In this document: piece after piece, positions 12,539 to 25,271 of the stretch
Position numbering within the stretch: position 1 is the stretch's first letter
Layout of the letters: each line of letters begins with the position of its first letter
Assembly: GCA_047495785.1 (NCBI GenBank)
Contig: JBLDXI010000032.1
Coordinates: 2,108,001-2,172,000 of the forward strand
Length of the DNA stretch: 64,000 bases
From: Lepidodermella squamata
Lineage: Eukaryota; Animalia; Gastrotricha
Reading direction: 5' to 3'
Notes under the pieces: model-generated
Told to the model about the DNA's origin: nothing
The model's input: only the letters and a program-made list of their open reading frames with translations
Databases searched by the model: none
Position numbers and translations under genes: made by a program

Positions 12539-13964
12539 TTTTTCAGACGAGTTCAGTTCAACCGCTCGTCATGAAAAATAATTTGTATTATATCACTTCA
12601 AGATTCGGCTAGAATTTCTTAAAATATTACTTGCTTTTTTACTGCACACGGCTGGGATGTTGCCTAGGTGCGTGCGTTTGTGTCAATAGGCTCTGTTTGA
12701 CCTCCTTTTCATGTCATAAATGCCCCCTGCGCGCATCTTTTTTACTCATTTCAAATAATTAAACTGCGCACAACCGCAATTATATTATTGTGTTGTAAGT
12801 CAAATGAAAAATACTTCGAAAAATTGTCATTTTTTGAAACAAAAACAAAACAGTCACCTGACAAATGATGTACCGAGCGGCAAAAAAAACGATTTTTGCA
12901 ATTATTTTTCCCACGCGATGATGACGGGCAAACAAACACCATTTTTTTATTTTGAGATAATCCCCCTGTTTTGCCAGCCATTAATCGGCCGACTTTGATC
13001 GATGCATTATATTTGAAGAATAGAAAAAAACATACATGCGTTTTGTGTCTGAAATTTGTTTAAAGGGAATCGGCAATTTTTTTGAAAAAAAATTAAGACT
13101 GCGCATTTTTAAGTGCACCTCGCCAAAAAATCTCTGGGCCGCGACCGCGCACGGCCTATTTCCGCTGAAGTCGCGGATACTTTGAGCACAAAGGACCCTT
13201 TTAATATCGAAAAGCAGACTAGTGGGTTGATTCCCCAGGTGCGGACCGCAGTATTTTTTTCTAGAAATTATTATTTGCCTATATACCGTCTGGTCAAGTA
13301 GCTTATCAATAGGGGAAGCGGTAGCCATCAAAATTATATTCTTCTTCGATTTTCTTTCCGCTCCATTTCAGCCCTACATTATTCAGTATTTGCCACTTGT
13401 CTAGTCGATTGAAAAACATGCGGTATTTATTTAGCAATTTTGGTAGCTATACGAACTCTGTTAAGTAAACAAACATTTAACCTGTGATCCACGTGAAAGA
13501 TTCATCGATAAAAAAAATTATTCGGGCTGATATTTCGAAAACTATCCAGCGCCGTTGTTTTTTCACGATTTAGCTACGCATCGAAAATTCCGCGCGTCAC
13601 TTGTGATCATTGTTTTGCAAGTGCCTGAGACACTGAAAAATGAGAACTGATATTATCGATATAGTATAGCTTTTCCGGGTCCACACGTCTTCGTACGCGT
13701 AAAAATTTTTAAATGCGCCTCGCGTTTCCTCGTGGGGAGTGCGTGCGCGTATGTCTTAATCACTCATCTGCATTTTTTTCTTTTATTCAAGTCCCTCGTC
13801 ACGTTTTTGGCTACTTAATATTCAAAAAAACGACGCGCCAACTTTGCCAATTTTATTCCTAGTTACTCTGTGACCTGAAAAATTCGGAACAAATTTTACT
13901 CTGAATTTGCATATAGATTTTTTAAATTTTCGCAATAATTGCTCGCTCAAGTGGCAGCTATAGA

Positions 13965-14003
13965 TATAAAAAGGCCGCGATCTCAAGATGCAGATGCTCA
14001 GTT
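13965..14003 (+). promoter_or_regulatory. TATA box plus initiator for the C2-domain gene
   Basis: TATAAAAA at 13965-13972 and TCAGTT (Inr consensus) at 13998-14003, followed by ATG at 14018. Confidence 0.55.
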
Positions 14004-14017
14004 CACTTACAGCCGTC

Positions 14018-16380
14018 ATGTCGCGAGCGGAGCATAACGATCTGCCGAATTTCGTCCTGCCGCCGACGATTCGCAACTTCAAGTGGCGCGATGACATTTT
14101 CGTCGATCGACAGAAAAAGCGCATGTCGGTGGAAATTCAACGTATAAGTCTGCATGCTCATAATTATAGAAAAAATCCTCCCTAATAAAATTTTATTACT
14201 TACCTACAAATCTAGGTCACACACATTTCGGCTCTCTCGACCCTGAGCTTTATCCTAAAGATTACATACCCGAGTGCGATGAGATCAGCGAGGACTATTT
14301 ACCCGACTCCTGCCGAGGTCGCCTGTGGCTGAAATTTGCCTACGACTCGCATGAAGAATGCCTGGCAGTCGCGTTGGTTAAACTGCGGTTCGTACCGCGT
14401 CGTGACGACGAAACAGCGCCAGATTTGACGTTCAACCTAGCGCTGCTGCCGAATGAAAGGCGCCAGTATCAAAGCCGGGTTTATGAAGCGACGACAGATC
14501 GAGATTTCGCCGACGAGGAGGAATGTTTCGTCTTTCAAGTTCCGAAATCACTTCCACCAAACAGTGAATGGTCGCTGAGGGTTCGTTTGACCGACGTCGC
14601 GCGAAAAGGCCCCCCGATTGGCGCAGCTGTCATTCCATTAGCTCCAATTATTTCGATACTAAATATCGCGAGTGGTGAGTCGAGCGAGTCGGGCAGTGAA
14701 GACTCCTCGCCAACTTCGCCGCAGTCTTGCAACCCGGTTTCAGTGACTGTTAGATGCCTTGACCTGCAGAAAGTTACGGGCGATGACGATAATAAAGTGA
14801 TTACTACAACAAAAGCGGCCTTGGATCACAGCAAAGCAAGTCCACCCAGCACGCCCAATACAAACTACTCATCCTCACCAGCAAGTTCAGCAGTAATTTA
14901 TTTTATTTTATTTAATCTGAATTTTTTAAATTTATTTATTTTACCATTTATTTTAATTTATTTTATTTTTAATTTAATTTGGTTCTACGACTAAACCGCA
15001 GCGTCAATGCAGATAGCGACAACTCCGCACGGACAGCACCGCAAAATGAATTTAAAATTAATTAATTAATAATTTTGGCAACGACAACTCCGCAAAAGTC
15101 AAATTCAATCGAATTCAATATTTTTATTCAATCAATTGAAATAATTGTTATCACGTCAACTCCGCAAATGACCATTTCAGATAACGAAAACTCCGCAAAA
15201 TTAATTATTTAATTATCGAAAAGGAACCATTTCTAACCGTAAACATAATGCTAACTCTGACCACCATCTTACTCTTACTATGAATCGCTGTATATTCATC
15301 CAATCCTAGTAGCCTGGTGCGGAGTCGAAAGATTAATTAAACAAGCAAAAATAAATAATTTGCGGGCTTGTCGTTGTCTGAAATAGTCATTTGCGGAGTT
15401 GACGGGATACAAATTATTTCAATTAATTGAATACAAAATTTAAATTTGAATAAATTAGACGTTTGCGGAGTTGTCGTTGACAGAATAAGTAATTAATTAA
15501 TTTTTAATTAATTTTGCGGAGTTTTCTGTGCGGAGTTGTCGCGACTGGAGTGTCAAGGGCGGCTTAGTCGTAAGGCGTTTAATTTAATTCAACTTTTAAT
15601 TTATTTTATTTATTAAAAAGAATTGACAAGTAATTTTTAATTCGCGATGAAATTTAATTTTTAATTAATTTTTTCAGCGTCTAATGCGAAAACTGATTGG
15701 CCTGAATACCGCCTTACAACAGCAGTTGGTTATTGCCGGTGTTGTTGGTTCGAAAACTGCCCATCAGATGCACACCGGAACGCTTCAGATGTCGTTTTGC
15801 TACAGCTCGGCTGCGAATCGGCTGTCAATCAGCGTTCACGAGTTGACATTTCAATGCCAGCCCGAATCAGACAACGATCAATCGTCGGCGCAGACCGTCG
15901 ACGAAGACCACGCCGGCATGGAGGCCTTTACAAAGATGAGTTTGTTCGAACATGGGACTAAAGAGTTGAAGAGCAAGCGGACAAGGCCAGCTCGAGCTGA
16001 GCGCATGACGATTAAGCCGCAATCGCCGGCGGCGAAAGAAGCCGGTGTTGGGGCGAACAACGAGCATGCGATTCAGTTCATTGAACTTGTTGTCTTCAAA
16101 GACCTGCCACCTGCTGATCACTTGCTGAACAACTGCGGTCTGAGGATTCAAGTCGTCAAAACATCACTGTGTGCTCGAGGTAAAATTTCTTTTTTTTCCT
16201 GAAATTTATTTCGATTTTGTGTTGAATTTTTTAGACAAACCGATTTGCCGCTCGTTCATTGGATCCGCAATATTTTGCCGCGGCAAAGAGTTGACAGTTT
16301 GGGAAGAATTGATTTCAAGCAAACACGGCGAACCTATGGCTATTCCTATTCGTCTCAATCCCGTATTCGATGCAGACTGA
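14018..16380 (+). CDS. Synaptotagmin-15-like tandem C2-domain protein, 4 exons
   Basis: Exons ~14018-14141, 14216-14892, 15678-16179, 16235-16380 in phase. Motifs PNFVLPP, FGSLDPELY, CRGRLWLKFAYD, LLPNERRQYQS, FVFQV resemble SYT15; second C2 begins GTLQMSFCYSSAANRLSISVHE. Confidence 0.8.
14981..15577. mobile_element. MULE-type foldback MITE in intron 2 of the C2 gene
   Basis: Long imperfect TIRs built of actccgca motifs; termini GGTTCTACGAC...GTCGTAAGGCG; 8-bp TSD tttaattt on both sides. Confidence 0.85.
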
Positions 16381-16796
16381 AATGTAATCATAGTGCCAAT
16401 TCAGCTCCAGATCTTCCTTTCCTTTTGCAAATCACTAAAATATCAAATTTGTTCATAAACTGATAATTGTTTCAGCCTTGTTCACTCTCAACAATTTAAT
16501 TATTTTTTTCCATTTTATTTTTTAATGAGTGAGCCATTTCCTTAACCCGTAAAATTAAATTAATTGTTTCACTCTCTGCGCTTGTGTGTCTAATTGATTT
16601 CTAGTCCTTTCGTACGTTGGAATTTTTTAATAAAATCTAAAAAAAATCAGAAAAATAATCGGCGTGATGAATCATTTATCTATTCCGTTATCTTTATCTC
16701 TGTTAATTTTGGTACTAAAATTGATAAGATTCCTGAAAGATAGCACTATATAAGTTTATCGCATGGCCAGCAGAATATTTTTTTTCAGCGGAAAAA

Positions 16797-18266
16797 ATGT
16801 TGGCTATTTTAGGGCTAATACTCATTGTTTCTTCCTCCTGCCAAGCTGAATGGACAGCCTTCGGTCGAGATTCGATGCATCAAAGCTTCGCCAATGTTAC
16901 CCTAAACAAAATCACCGAATTTAGACAACTATGGTCATTTTCAGCCGATTCAAATGGGATAACCGGAGTCGCCTCTCAGCCTCTATATTTTGAAGGATTT
17001 ATTTACACGATTACACCCGCAGGATTGTTATACCAAGTTGATGCTTCTACCGGTAACGTCGAGGCTACTTTGGATCTAGCAAATGGCAATTACATTTCTG
17101 ATAATTTCCAATCGATCACAATTGAGCCAGAGTCGAAAAGATTATTCACCTGGTCCCTTCGTCTCAGCCAAGTTAAATCAGTTTACGCAATCGATTTAGC
17201 TGGTAATTTTGCGATAATATGGCAGAAGGACTTCCCTCAACATGGGATAAGCGACTCGACCTATCTTTACGGGCTACTCGCGGCAAAAGATCGAATTTAC
17301 GTGCAGGAACTATTGGACTCAGGGGACAATAAAGTTTCAATAGCCACTCTTAATTCTTCAAATGGCGAGCTGTTGTTTGAAACCAATTCATTTGGCGACA
17401 AATCAATGTGGGTACCAGCTTGGAACCCGGCGGATCCCGAATGGTTCTACGTGACCCAACCAGCTTTTGTTGCTAAATTTAACGCGGTAACTGGCGAGCA
17501 AGACTGGAACATCACATTTCGAGCTGGAGTTGGTTATTTCGTAACAACTGTTGGCTCGATGCCAATATTGCCTGGCAACGACTTGGTGCTCACCTTCGTC
17601 GATTCCCAGGCGAGTAATTCGTTCACTTATGTTGCTGCCTTGAATATTACAACCGGTAAAATCGCTTGGGTATCGGCTAGTTGTGCCCCAGTTGTAACAG
17701 GGGCTGGTTACGGTTACATGGCTGGCCCAGCCGTGGATTTGGCGAGTAATTTAGCTTTTTACACCTGCCAAACAGAAATAATGGCCATCAATATGACAAA
17801 TGGGGCTAAAGTTGGGACTTACAAGGTGAATGACGGCGTCGATCTAATTGGCCAGCCGATCGTCACGCGAGATTACGTTATTTCGATGACAGTTGGTCCT
17901 TATCGGAAGGTTTATTTTTTCAATCGGGAAAGCGGGGCGAGCCAGGAAATTCCGATTAGATGGGTTTATTCGATGGCATATGTTAACCGAACTTTGTACG
18001 TGGTTAGTCATAATTATCAAATGCAGGCTTTTGAAATAATAAGCGAAGATTGGCCTCCAATTGAGACTACAACAGTACCACCTACGACGGCTGAAACCAC
18101 GATAATTACTACGACAAATACTCCGGAATCGACAACTTCGAGTCAAACTATTACTACAACAACGGCTATTTCCAACCTTACTACAACTGCCGGGGCGAAA
18201 TCGTGGCTATTGAACTGCAAAATTTCTGCTTATTTTACGCTAATCCTGATTTTATTCTTGTCATGA
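16797..18266 (+). CDS. Intronless secreted PQQ-like/BamB-like beta-propeller protein with Thr-rich stalk and GPI-like C-terminus, 489 aa
   Basis: Signal peptide; WTAFGRDSMHQSF start motif; repeated blade motifs (YQVDASTGNVEA, LNSSNGELLF, FNAVTGEQDW, ALNITTGKIAW, AINMTNGAKV); TTT-rich region; hydrophobic tail. Confidence 0.85.
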   Translation: MLAILGLILIVSSSCQAEWTAFGRDSMHQSFANVTLNKITEFRQLWSFSADSNGITGVASQPLYFEGFIYTITPAGLLYQVDASTGNVEATLDLANGNYISDNFQSITIEPESKRLFTWSLRLSQVKSVYAIDLAGNFAIIWQKDFPQHGISDSTYLYGLLAAKDRIYVQELLDSGDNKVSIATLNSSNGELLFETNSFGDKSMWVPAWNPADPEWFYVTQPAFVAKFNAVTGEQDWNITFRAGVGYFVTTVGSMPILPGNDLVLTFVDSQASNSFTYVAALNITTGKIAWVSASCAPVVTGAGYGYMAGPAVDLASNLAFYTCQTEIMAINMTNGAKVGTYKVNDGVDLIGQPIVTRDYVISMTVGPYRKVYFFNRESGASQEIPIRWVYSMAYVNRTLYVVSHNYQMQAFEIISEDWPPIETTTVPPTTAETTIITTTNTPESTTSSQTITTTTAISNLTTTAGAKSWLLNCKISAYFTLILILFLS

Positions 18267-18869
18267 TTAAGGAAGAAAGTCGAATAAAAGGAAATGTTTG
18301 TAAAAAATATTTTGAACGGACACTTTCACATGTCTTGTTTAAAATGTTAACCTTTCATAGTATAGTATAGTAATACCGGAATTGAGATCCTGCTCCTCCC
18401 TGCGGTCGGAGAAGGAGCGCCGGGTGAAACCCATAATTTGAAACTTAAATATTACATACAAGAGTAACCTATTCTTTTATTTAGCTTTAGTCATTGAAAA
18501 TGACCGGATGTGCTCTAAGCTCTTTGCATTAGTTGTCGCTTGCCGCTATATGACGGGAAAACTCCCCGTTGTCGTGGGGCGCGTTCCGTCGTTCCGTACG
18601 TACGTCAAGTATGCGCAGTAATTGGGCACGTCGTTCGCGCACTCTTCAGGAGGATATAGAGGTACTCGTTCCATATAGAGGTACTAAAAAACGGTCCCCG
18701 TCACTGTCAAAGGCCGCCAGGCCGACACAGCTTAATTAGATTGGTAAAGACTGGGTTCCTAATCTTGTAACTCCTAACACTTCTACTGCTAAATCAAGTG
18801 GTTTGAGATATTGAATATTGGATCCGGATTCTGGCTCTGAATTATATTCAAATTGAAGGGTAGACTAAA

Positions 18870-20155
18870 CGGATAAACCAAATCTGTCGCCCAGAATTAA
18901 ATAAGTGCGCCCCTTTTCAAACGTCGCCCCAATATTAAATAAGTGCGCACCCATAGTAAATAACGTCGCCCCTGTTGCGTAATCGCCGCCCACAAAATCC
19001 AAATGTGCGCCTCAAGTGCGCGCCTTAAAATAAAACAGCGGTCAATGCGTGAATGCTGGTTTTCTCGGCTTGAATGCTAGATCACCTTTTTTACCAAATA
19101 TGCGAATAGTTTAATGGAAGCGGAAGATAGCGGCCCGTCGTCGACGCATCTTTCAGTTCAGATTACTTGAAATTAGTCCTAAGGCTGAAATGGTATTTTC
19201 TGATGAGAAATCTTACAACCGATCGTTAGGGCTAAGGGCTAATGGCTAACTGCATTTTTAAGACCAGGGAATTGAGACCCGTCAAGCTGTCTCCGCCCTA
19301 TAGATATATCTCCACCTTCATAGTCACTATAGAAGACAGCGGCTGACGAATAATTATGATACACCTCGTTTCAAATGAAATTTGAAAATAAGACGGGGCC
19401 AAAATCGCTTGACGTTTCTCAGTTATTCTGGGTGATAGCTCGTCCTATAGCATACGTATAGATAATAGAAAATACTATCGCATATTGCTGATTTCTTGAA
19501 AAAAAAATCCTAGGATAAGTTGTAAGCTGTTGATTTGTTGTTGTAGCTGTAGGTAGCGCGTTTATGGCGACCCAGTTTAATGACCGGACACGGTCCGGCT
19601 CTTCACGCAGCTAGTAGCTAAACCGGCGTGTAAACACTCGAATGCAGATAATCTCTTGATCCCTCGGCTGTACAACACGGCGAACTGTCTCAGTCGCCGC
19701 GCGGGGTGCGTGTCGAGGTGCGCAGCGGGTGCGTATGTGTGCGCGTGTTGTATGAAGATTGGGTGGAATGGGTGGATTGCGCGTGATTGGAGCAATAAAT
19801 GCTCCGATTTGTCAGTGAGATCAACGTCAATATTATGATAATTGATCTATGTAGGATCTTGGCTTTCCGCGACATATAAGCACCTAAGTTAAAGTAAAGC
19901 AGTCAAAATATGGTCAACGTATCCTTATCCCGTCCTGAAAACCATTCGAAAAAAAATCGGCGACTCAAGCTTTAAATGGGGCGACATTATTTATTTTAAG
20001 GCGGCGTATTTTAAAATGCGCGCGGCTTAGCGTGTAACAGCGCGGCGTTGCGTGAACGTGGGCGCGGATTACGCAACCAGCGCGCACTTGTTTATTTATG
20101 GGCGCAAAACTGGGGCGCACTTATTTAATTTTGGGCGACAGATTTGTACTCACCC
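18870..20155. mobile_element. Non-autonomous MULE-type element (1286 bp)
   Basis: TIRs (caaatctgtcgccca.aattaaataagtgcgcccc) at both ends, subterminal gcgc/cgccc repeats, 9-bp TSD tagactaaa. Confidence 0.9.
19110..19805 (-). repeat. Dispersed repeat also present (interrupted) at ~39295-39405 plus 42932-43220
   Basis: Reverse complement of 19480-19805 and 19130-19190 aligns by eye to both flanks of the second MULE element. Confidence 0.85.
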
Positions 20156-20213
20156 TAGACTAAATTACTAAAAATTATACTAAATTACAACCAAATCGAT
20201 GAAGCAAAGCTCT

Positions 20214-21268
20214 TGTCAGGGGAATGTCAAGACTTGGCCAGGCACTACTCTAGGCTACTTTATTGAGAATGAATCGAACCAAAGTCCTTGCCGGACGGCC
20301 ACCCACTACTCTACTACGGAATCTTGCTGCTAAGTCTCGCTCAGTTCGAATTCGTCTACAATGCCAACGCTATGCTGATATGGTATCGCCCTGGTGTGGT
20401 GTTGCGACATCGACTTCAACGATGATTTCTTGGGTCAATGTCTTTGGCGTTCAGCTCGTCACCACTGAAGTTCGTATCCAAGATCCAGCTCTTACGCTCA
20501 AGGTGTCGCCCTGGCTTGCGCGCTCGATCTGCTGACTAGGCAGACTGGTTATGACTGGTTATGGCTACGCATCTCCTTGTTCACGGTCAAGCGTTGATTG
20601 GGGCAGCCTCGCTGATGTTTGACTTCAACGCCCGCAATTCGCTGGATGGCTTGTCTCGGCGCGATTCTGCGACTGCTTGGCCACTGTCTTCGCTCCATGG
20701 CGTTGTCGAGATGCCTGGCTGGTGTCATGGCAGCGATTCGGTGATTTCGAACTCTGTCTTTTCTTGTCTCTGCATTTTCATGGTCTCCTGCCTCATTGGC
20801 TTCGCGGTTCTCGAGTTCGGTTCGGTTTTCAAGAAAGATTGCTTTAGTCAAGAATTTTCAAGAAACTGTACATCTTTCGACTTCAACTTGCCATCTTCAC
20901 TTGACTAGAGCTCGCAATTCAGCCCGATTCGTGGTTCCAAGGCATTGCCGTTTCGTGGGATAGCGGTCGCATCGCAATTTTTTCGGACTGGATAGCGCGT
21001 TTCGCGATTGTTCGTGGCTAGCAAGCGGCTGGGGGAGGTGCTTGAGGAGGGCAAAGTGTAACAATGTGCCGGGTGGCAGCTGGCATCTACGCAATGACTA
21101 AGAACAATATTGTGATTCTCATGTGATAGCTAATTAGGAAGTGATCGCGTGTTCGACTTAGATTTGTATCGCTAATATTTAAGGCCTTGAATTCCAACGA
21201 TCAATGTTCGATTCATTCACAATAAAGTACGGAGTAGTGCCTGGCCAAGTCTTGACATTTCCCTGACA
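20214..21268. mobile_element. TGT...ACA element with ~65-bp TIRs and 5-bp TSD (Ginger/TDD-like derivative or atypical solo LTR)
   Basis: tgtcaggg.aatgtcaagacttggccaggcactactc at both ends inverted; TSD gctct at 20209-20213 and 21269-21273. Confidence 0.8.
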
Positions 21269-22900
21269 GCTCTACTCAGAACATGTATCACTTATAAATT
21301 CTCTTGGGCTTTTATAGCCATCAGGACGCTGACTTGAATAGTAAATATAATGATAGGCGACATAATAATATTGCTGGCACGAGCCCTGGCTAACAATAGA
21401 AAATAGTGTTTAGTATAATATAGAGTGTCCAGAATTGGGGCAAGGAACATAGCGATCTTCTAATAGATATCCAGTCATAATTCTGGATTAAGAAACTATG
21501 ACCTCAACGTAGCCCTAAACCTGCGTGAATGGGGCCAGTTGATTCAACCTCTTTTTATTGAAACATTTATAAAACCCTATTGGAAATGTGCATCGGTTGC
21601 GTAGTCTATATGATACTGTCCGTCCGTAGATCTTTCCATCTGAACAATGTCTCTTTTACGCGGAATAAAATAATATCTTCTACCGTCGGAAACTATCGGA
21701 ATAAAAATAATATCTCTTTTCATGCGAAATTACTTATTTTCCACTCTATTCTTCCACTACTTTTCCACTCTTCAAAATATCTTTTTCCTCGAATAATGTC
21801 TTTCCGATGACGGAACAATCAACAATGAACGATAGCCCATCACTGCCAAATCGTCAGCTTTGATAACTCTAAGCTTCAGGTCAATCCAATAGGACCAATC
21901 GAACCAATAGGAATAGTATGACCTATGCCGCAGTTTTTCCCCGCCCGTGCTTCGCATGCTTGGCTGTAACACACAACTACCTCTTCGAATGGACCTGCCT
22001 TCTTCGCCGAACGGTTGCTCAACAGGCCCAGTTGCCTCTGCCTGTTCGATGTCTTATACTCGAAAGCTCCTACCAGTCTTCAGCGAAGACCGGAATAGGG
22101 GCTTGGGACATCGTTCCAACCGCTGGAGGAACAGAATGAGGCCGCGGATCGATGACGATAAATCTTAGCTCGTGGGCCAACCCATAGAGCTAGTTATGAG
22201 GCCCTACCCCTGACTGGGCCTCTGTACATATTATATGTGCGAATAGTCGAAAAACTGTACATGAAATTATACGAACATCCACTCCGATATTTGCACCACT
22301 TGTTAAGCTGATGAGCTTTCAGCAATAAATATGGGCTGGCACTAAACTTTCCCAATTCTTTGCGATATCGGCTTTTACCGATACTTTTCCTTAACATTTT
22401 AGCCGTTGCCTTAGGTTATGCAGAAAAAGCATAATTGTTTCAAGCCTGTTGACATATTATGAATCTGGAAAATCATTGATTTATAAAATCGACACTTTGA
22501 ATTGATATCGGCTAAATTATAACCGAGTTATCCTATCTGAGTTATCTGAGTTATCGTAAGCTGACCGCAAAATACGCGTAAAATATAGATTCGTCGTTTA
22601 GGCATTAAAGAATAAGTCGAAGTTCTAATAGTGAAGACGTCAAAATCCATATTTTTGGAAAATCTAATGCAGGAGTCTCTAACTTAGCTCTGGAACCCCA
22701 AAATTACATGAAAAAGTGACGCAGATATCTAGGCAAAATAAGGGTGTTCTCTTGGAAAAATTTCTGGGAAATACCATTCCACCTAGAGTTTGACTGTAAT
22801 GTTACCTCACTGTTTTGAATAGAACGGGCGTGGCTTGGTATATGGCTAAAAATTGAACTAATTTAAACTTAAAACCAGCTCTATGTGTAGCCTCTACGTA

Positions 22901-24094
22901 GCACATTTTCCGGCCCGTTGGTGTTTCCTTCGCGCACGTATGCTCCTATTGGTTTTTGGCTTATTGCGCAACGATGCAAGATAATTATAGCCTCCCCGCG
23001 CGCGCGCCCTGACCGGCCTGAGGGCCCGTGCGCTAAGTCTAAGACAAGATTGCTGCATGCTTTCCAAAGAAAAATAAAAAGCCCATCTTTGAAAGGATGT
23101 TTGGTATTGTTAATACGACAACAGAATTGACTGCATCGTGGCGGCCTACACGCGGCCTACAGTATTTGATTACTTTTCTGTTCGTATCCAAAAACACCGG
23201 CCATAAGCCATAATAAATTAAAAAGTTGATTCAAGAGAAAGGATGCGATGGATTTTTTTCGAAGAACACGCTTTTTTATGAAAAATATGTACAAAATAAA
23301 AAAATAAACTATAAATAGATGTTTTAGGCGCGCTATTTTTGGCTATTTCAGGGTGGTGTTGAACATTTCAGGGAAAAATTATGTTCAAATCTATGTAAAC
23401 AGTAAACAACTTGAAATAACGAAAATGAGACGTGGCAAGCAATTTCGGCCCTATCTCTGTCTTCGCAGTCGTTTCAAAAGTCATTCGCATAATCATTATT
23501 CCCACATACCCATAGGTAAATTTTGCCATGGAGAAACACATGTTTCTCTATGGTAAGATATTTCTCCATGGAAAACGATTAAGGCGGATTTTTTATTTTT
23601 TAGTTTTCATGCCAATTTCATAGGGGTATGACCCTTTCAAACATCAAAAAGTGGCTCAGGATTGTGGGCATGTGGGAATAGGATTGCCCTATGGCTACCC
23701 TATGGAGAAATATAATTTCCCCCCTATCTGGAACCCTGAGCTCGTTTGGCGCAGCCAAACGAATCGAATATATTTCTCCATGGCTAGCCATAGAGTATTC
23801 CCTTATTACGCAACACCCAATTTTCAGATGACAGTGAAAATATAGATAGGGCCGAAATCGCATGCCACGTCTCAAATACGAAAATTTCGCCTTTTATTCC
23901 ACGCACCACGCATATCCGAACCCTAGCGCGCCGTTATTCTCCTGAATTTCGGACTTTTCCTAGACTTTTCGCACGAAGGAAGGCTGCAATTATTTGTTGC
24001 GCAATAAATGCGAGCGAGGCGTATTTACGCGTAAAACGAGCCAACCAATAGGAGCGCGCGCGCGGAGGAAGCACCAGCGGGCCGGAAAATGTGC
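22901..24094. mobile_element. Non-autonomous TIR element, 9-bp TSD (MULE-like)
   Basis: TIR gcacattttccggcccg.tggtg.ttcct; TSD ctctacgta / ctctacata (1 mismatch). Confidence 0.8.
23427..23873. mobile_element. Nested MITE with GAG...CTC termini and 4-bp TSD (Sola-like)
   Basis: 30-bp TIR gagacgtggca.gc.atttcggccctatct; aaat duplicated at both sides. Confidence 0.7.
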
Positions 24095-25271
24095 CTCTAC
24101 ATAGCTAAGCAAGCCCTAGAGGGCTTTCCGGCGACAACAGACAAATCTAACTGGATGAGCCTCATCCATCATTCACTCGCGTTCGGGATAGCAGTTGCTC
24201 ACGCCGCTAAACAAAATTGGTCCCGCATTGCGGGTAATGGGCTAGAATGCTGCGAAAAACTTGGCCTCGGTGCCGGCATTCATACATCGGACATCGGTAT
24301 GGGTTCCCGTTACCTAGCCCAGGGCCTAGAAAAGGATATGGCTGCACCTCAGTATGTTCGAACAGGAATTTGCTACCCCATTTCAAATAGGACGACGAGA
24401 AGTTTTGTTCTGGTTCTCTTCAAGTAGAGGCATTATTAAAACTAAAAATACCTAAGAAATATGCGTACGATCATCTACGATCTACGCCTCATACCAAACG
24501 TTGCAACTGCTGTCTCATCGAGATGCGACTACAACCGATCGCCGTCATCACTAGGACAAAGTGCTGCCCACCGTTCTCTTCGCCTATCGATCTGCTGTTA
24601 ACCTGTCGACCGGTTTCATCTTGGCCAAGCTGCCCGGTCACCTGATTTTCGCCGTATTCGCCGTGCTCGTTGTCTGCCGGTAACTCACCTGGCTCAACAA
24701 CAGTGCATTCTACAACGCCAGTGGAGCAAACCCGCGCTAACCTCGACAAAGCTCGACTACGTCCTCGAAAAATTGCCTGAAATCAGCGGAGCGGATAGGA
24801 CGATTTCGGCCAGTTTTTGTACAGCCTTAAAGACAAACGGATTTCAAAATCGTGATCAGAACCTCCGAAGATTCCGTGTATACACGCTGTCGCGCTGGCT
24901 CATGAACTCCCTGACGAACATCAGGCAATTCCTCTGTATTGCGTCGCAACCCTCGTGAGAGGCCTCATGGAGGGTTAGCCGCGGTCGTTACACGGCTCAG
25001 GTTCCAGCCCAAGCTGAATCTGTGTGGTATCTGAGCCAAGTTGCGGTCGTAGCCGTTTTACAGTTATCGCTTCAATATCTGTTGACGAAAATGTCAGTAG
25101 CCGAGGTCAAGGTCGCAAATTCACAAGCCCAGTTTTGTCGATGAAGGACACAACGGAGGGCTAACAACTGGAAAGACGAGCCGGGGTTGAAGTGTGGAAA
25201 CAGCTGTCTAGTTAGGGATTCATCAAAAATCAGTATCTTGGAGTGTCGGAATATATATTATTATTGAAATA

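Noticed and set aside
21526-22228. Solo LTR on minus strand (TG...CA, polyA signal)
   Set aside because: Flanks ctgcg and tatta do not form a TSD; no PBS or PPT.
24480-25080. GC-rich LTR-like segment with PBS-like tggtatctgagcc
   Set aside because: No defined termini, TSD or retroelement ORF; left unannotated.
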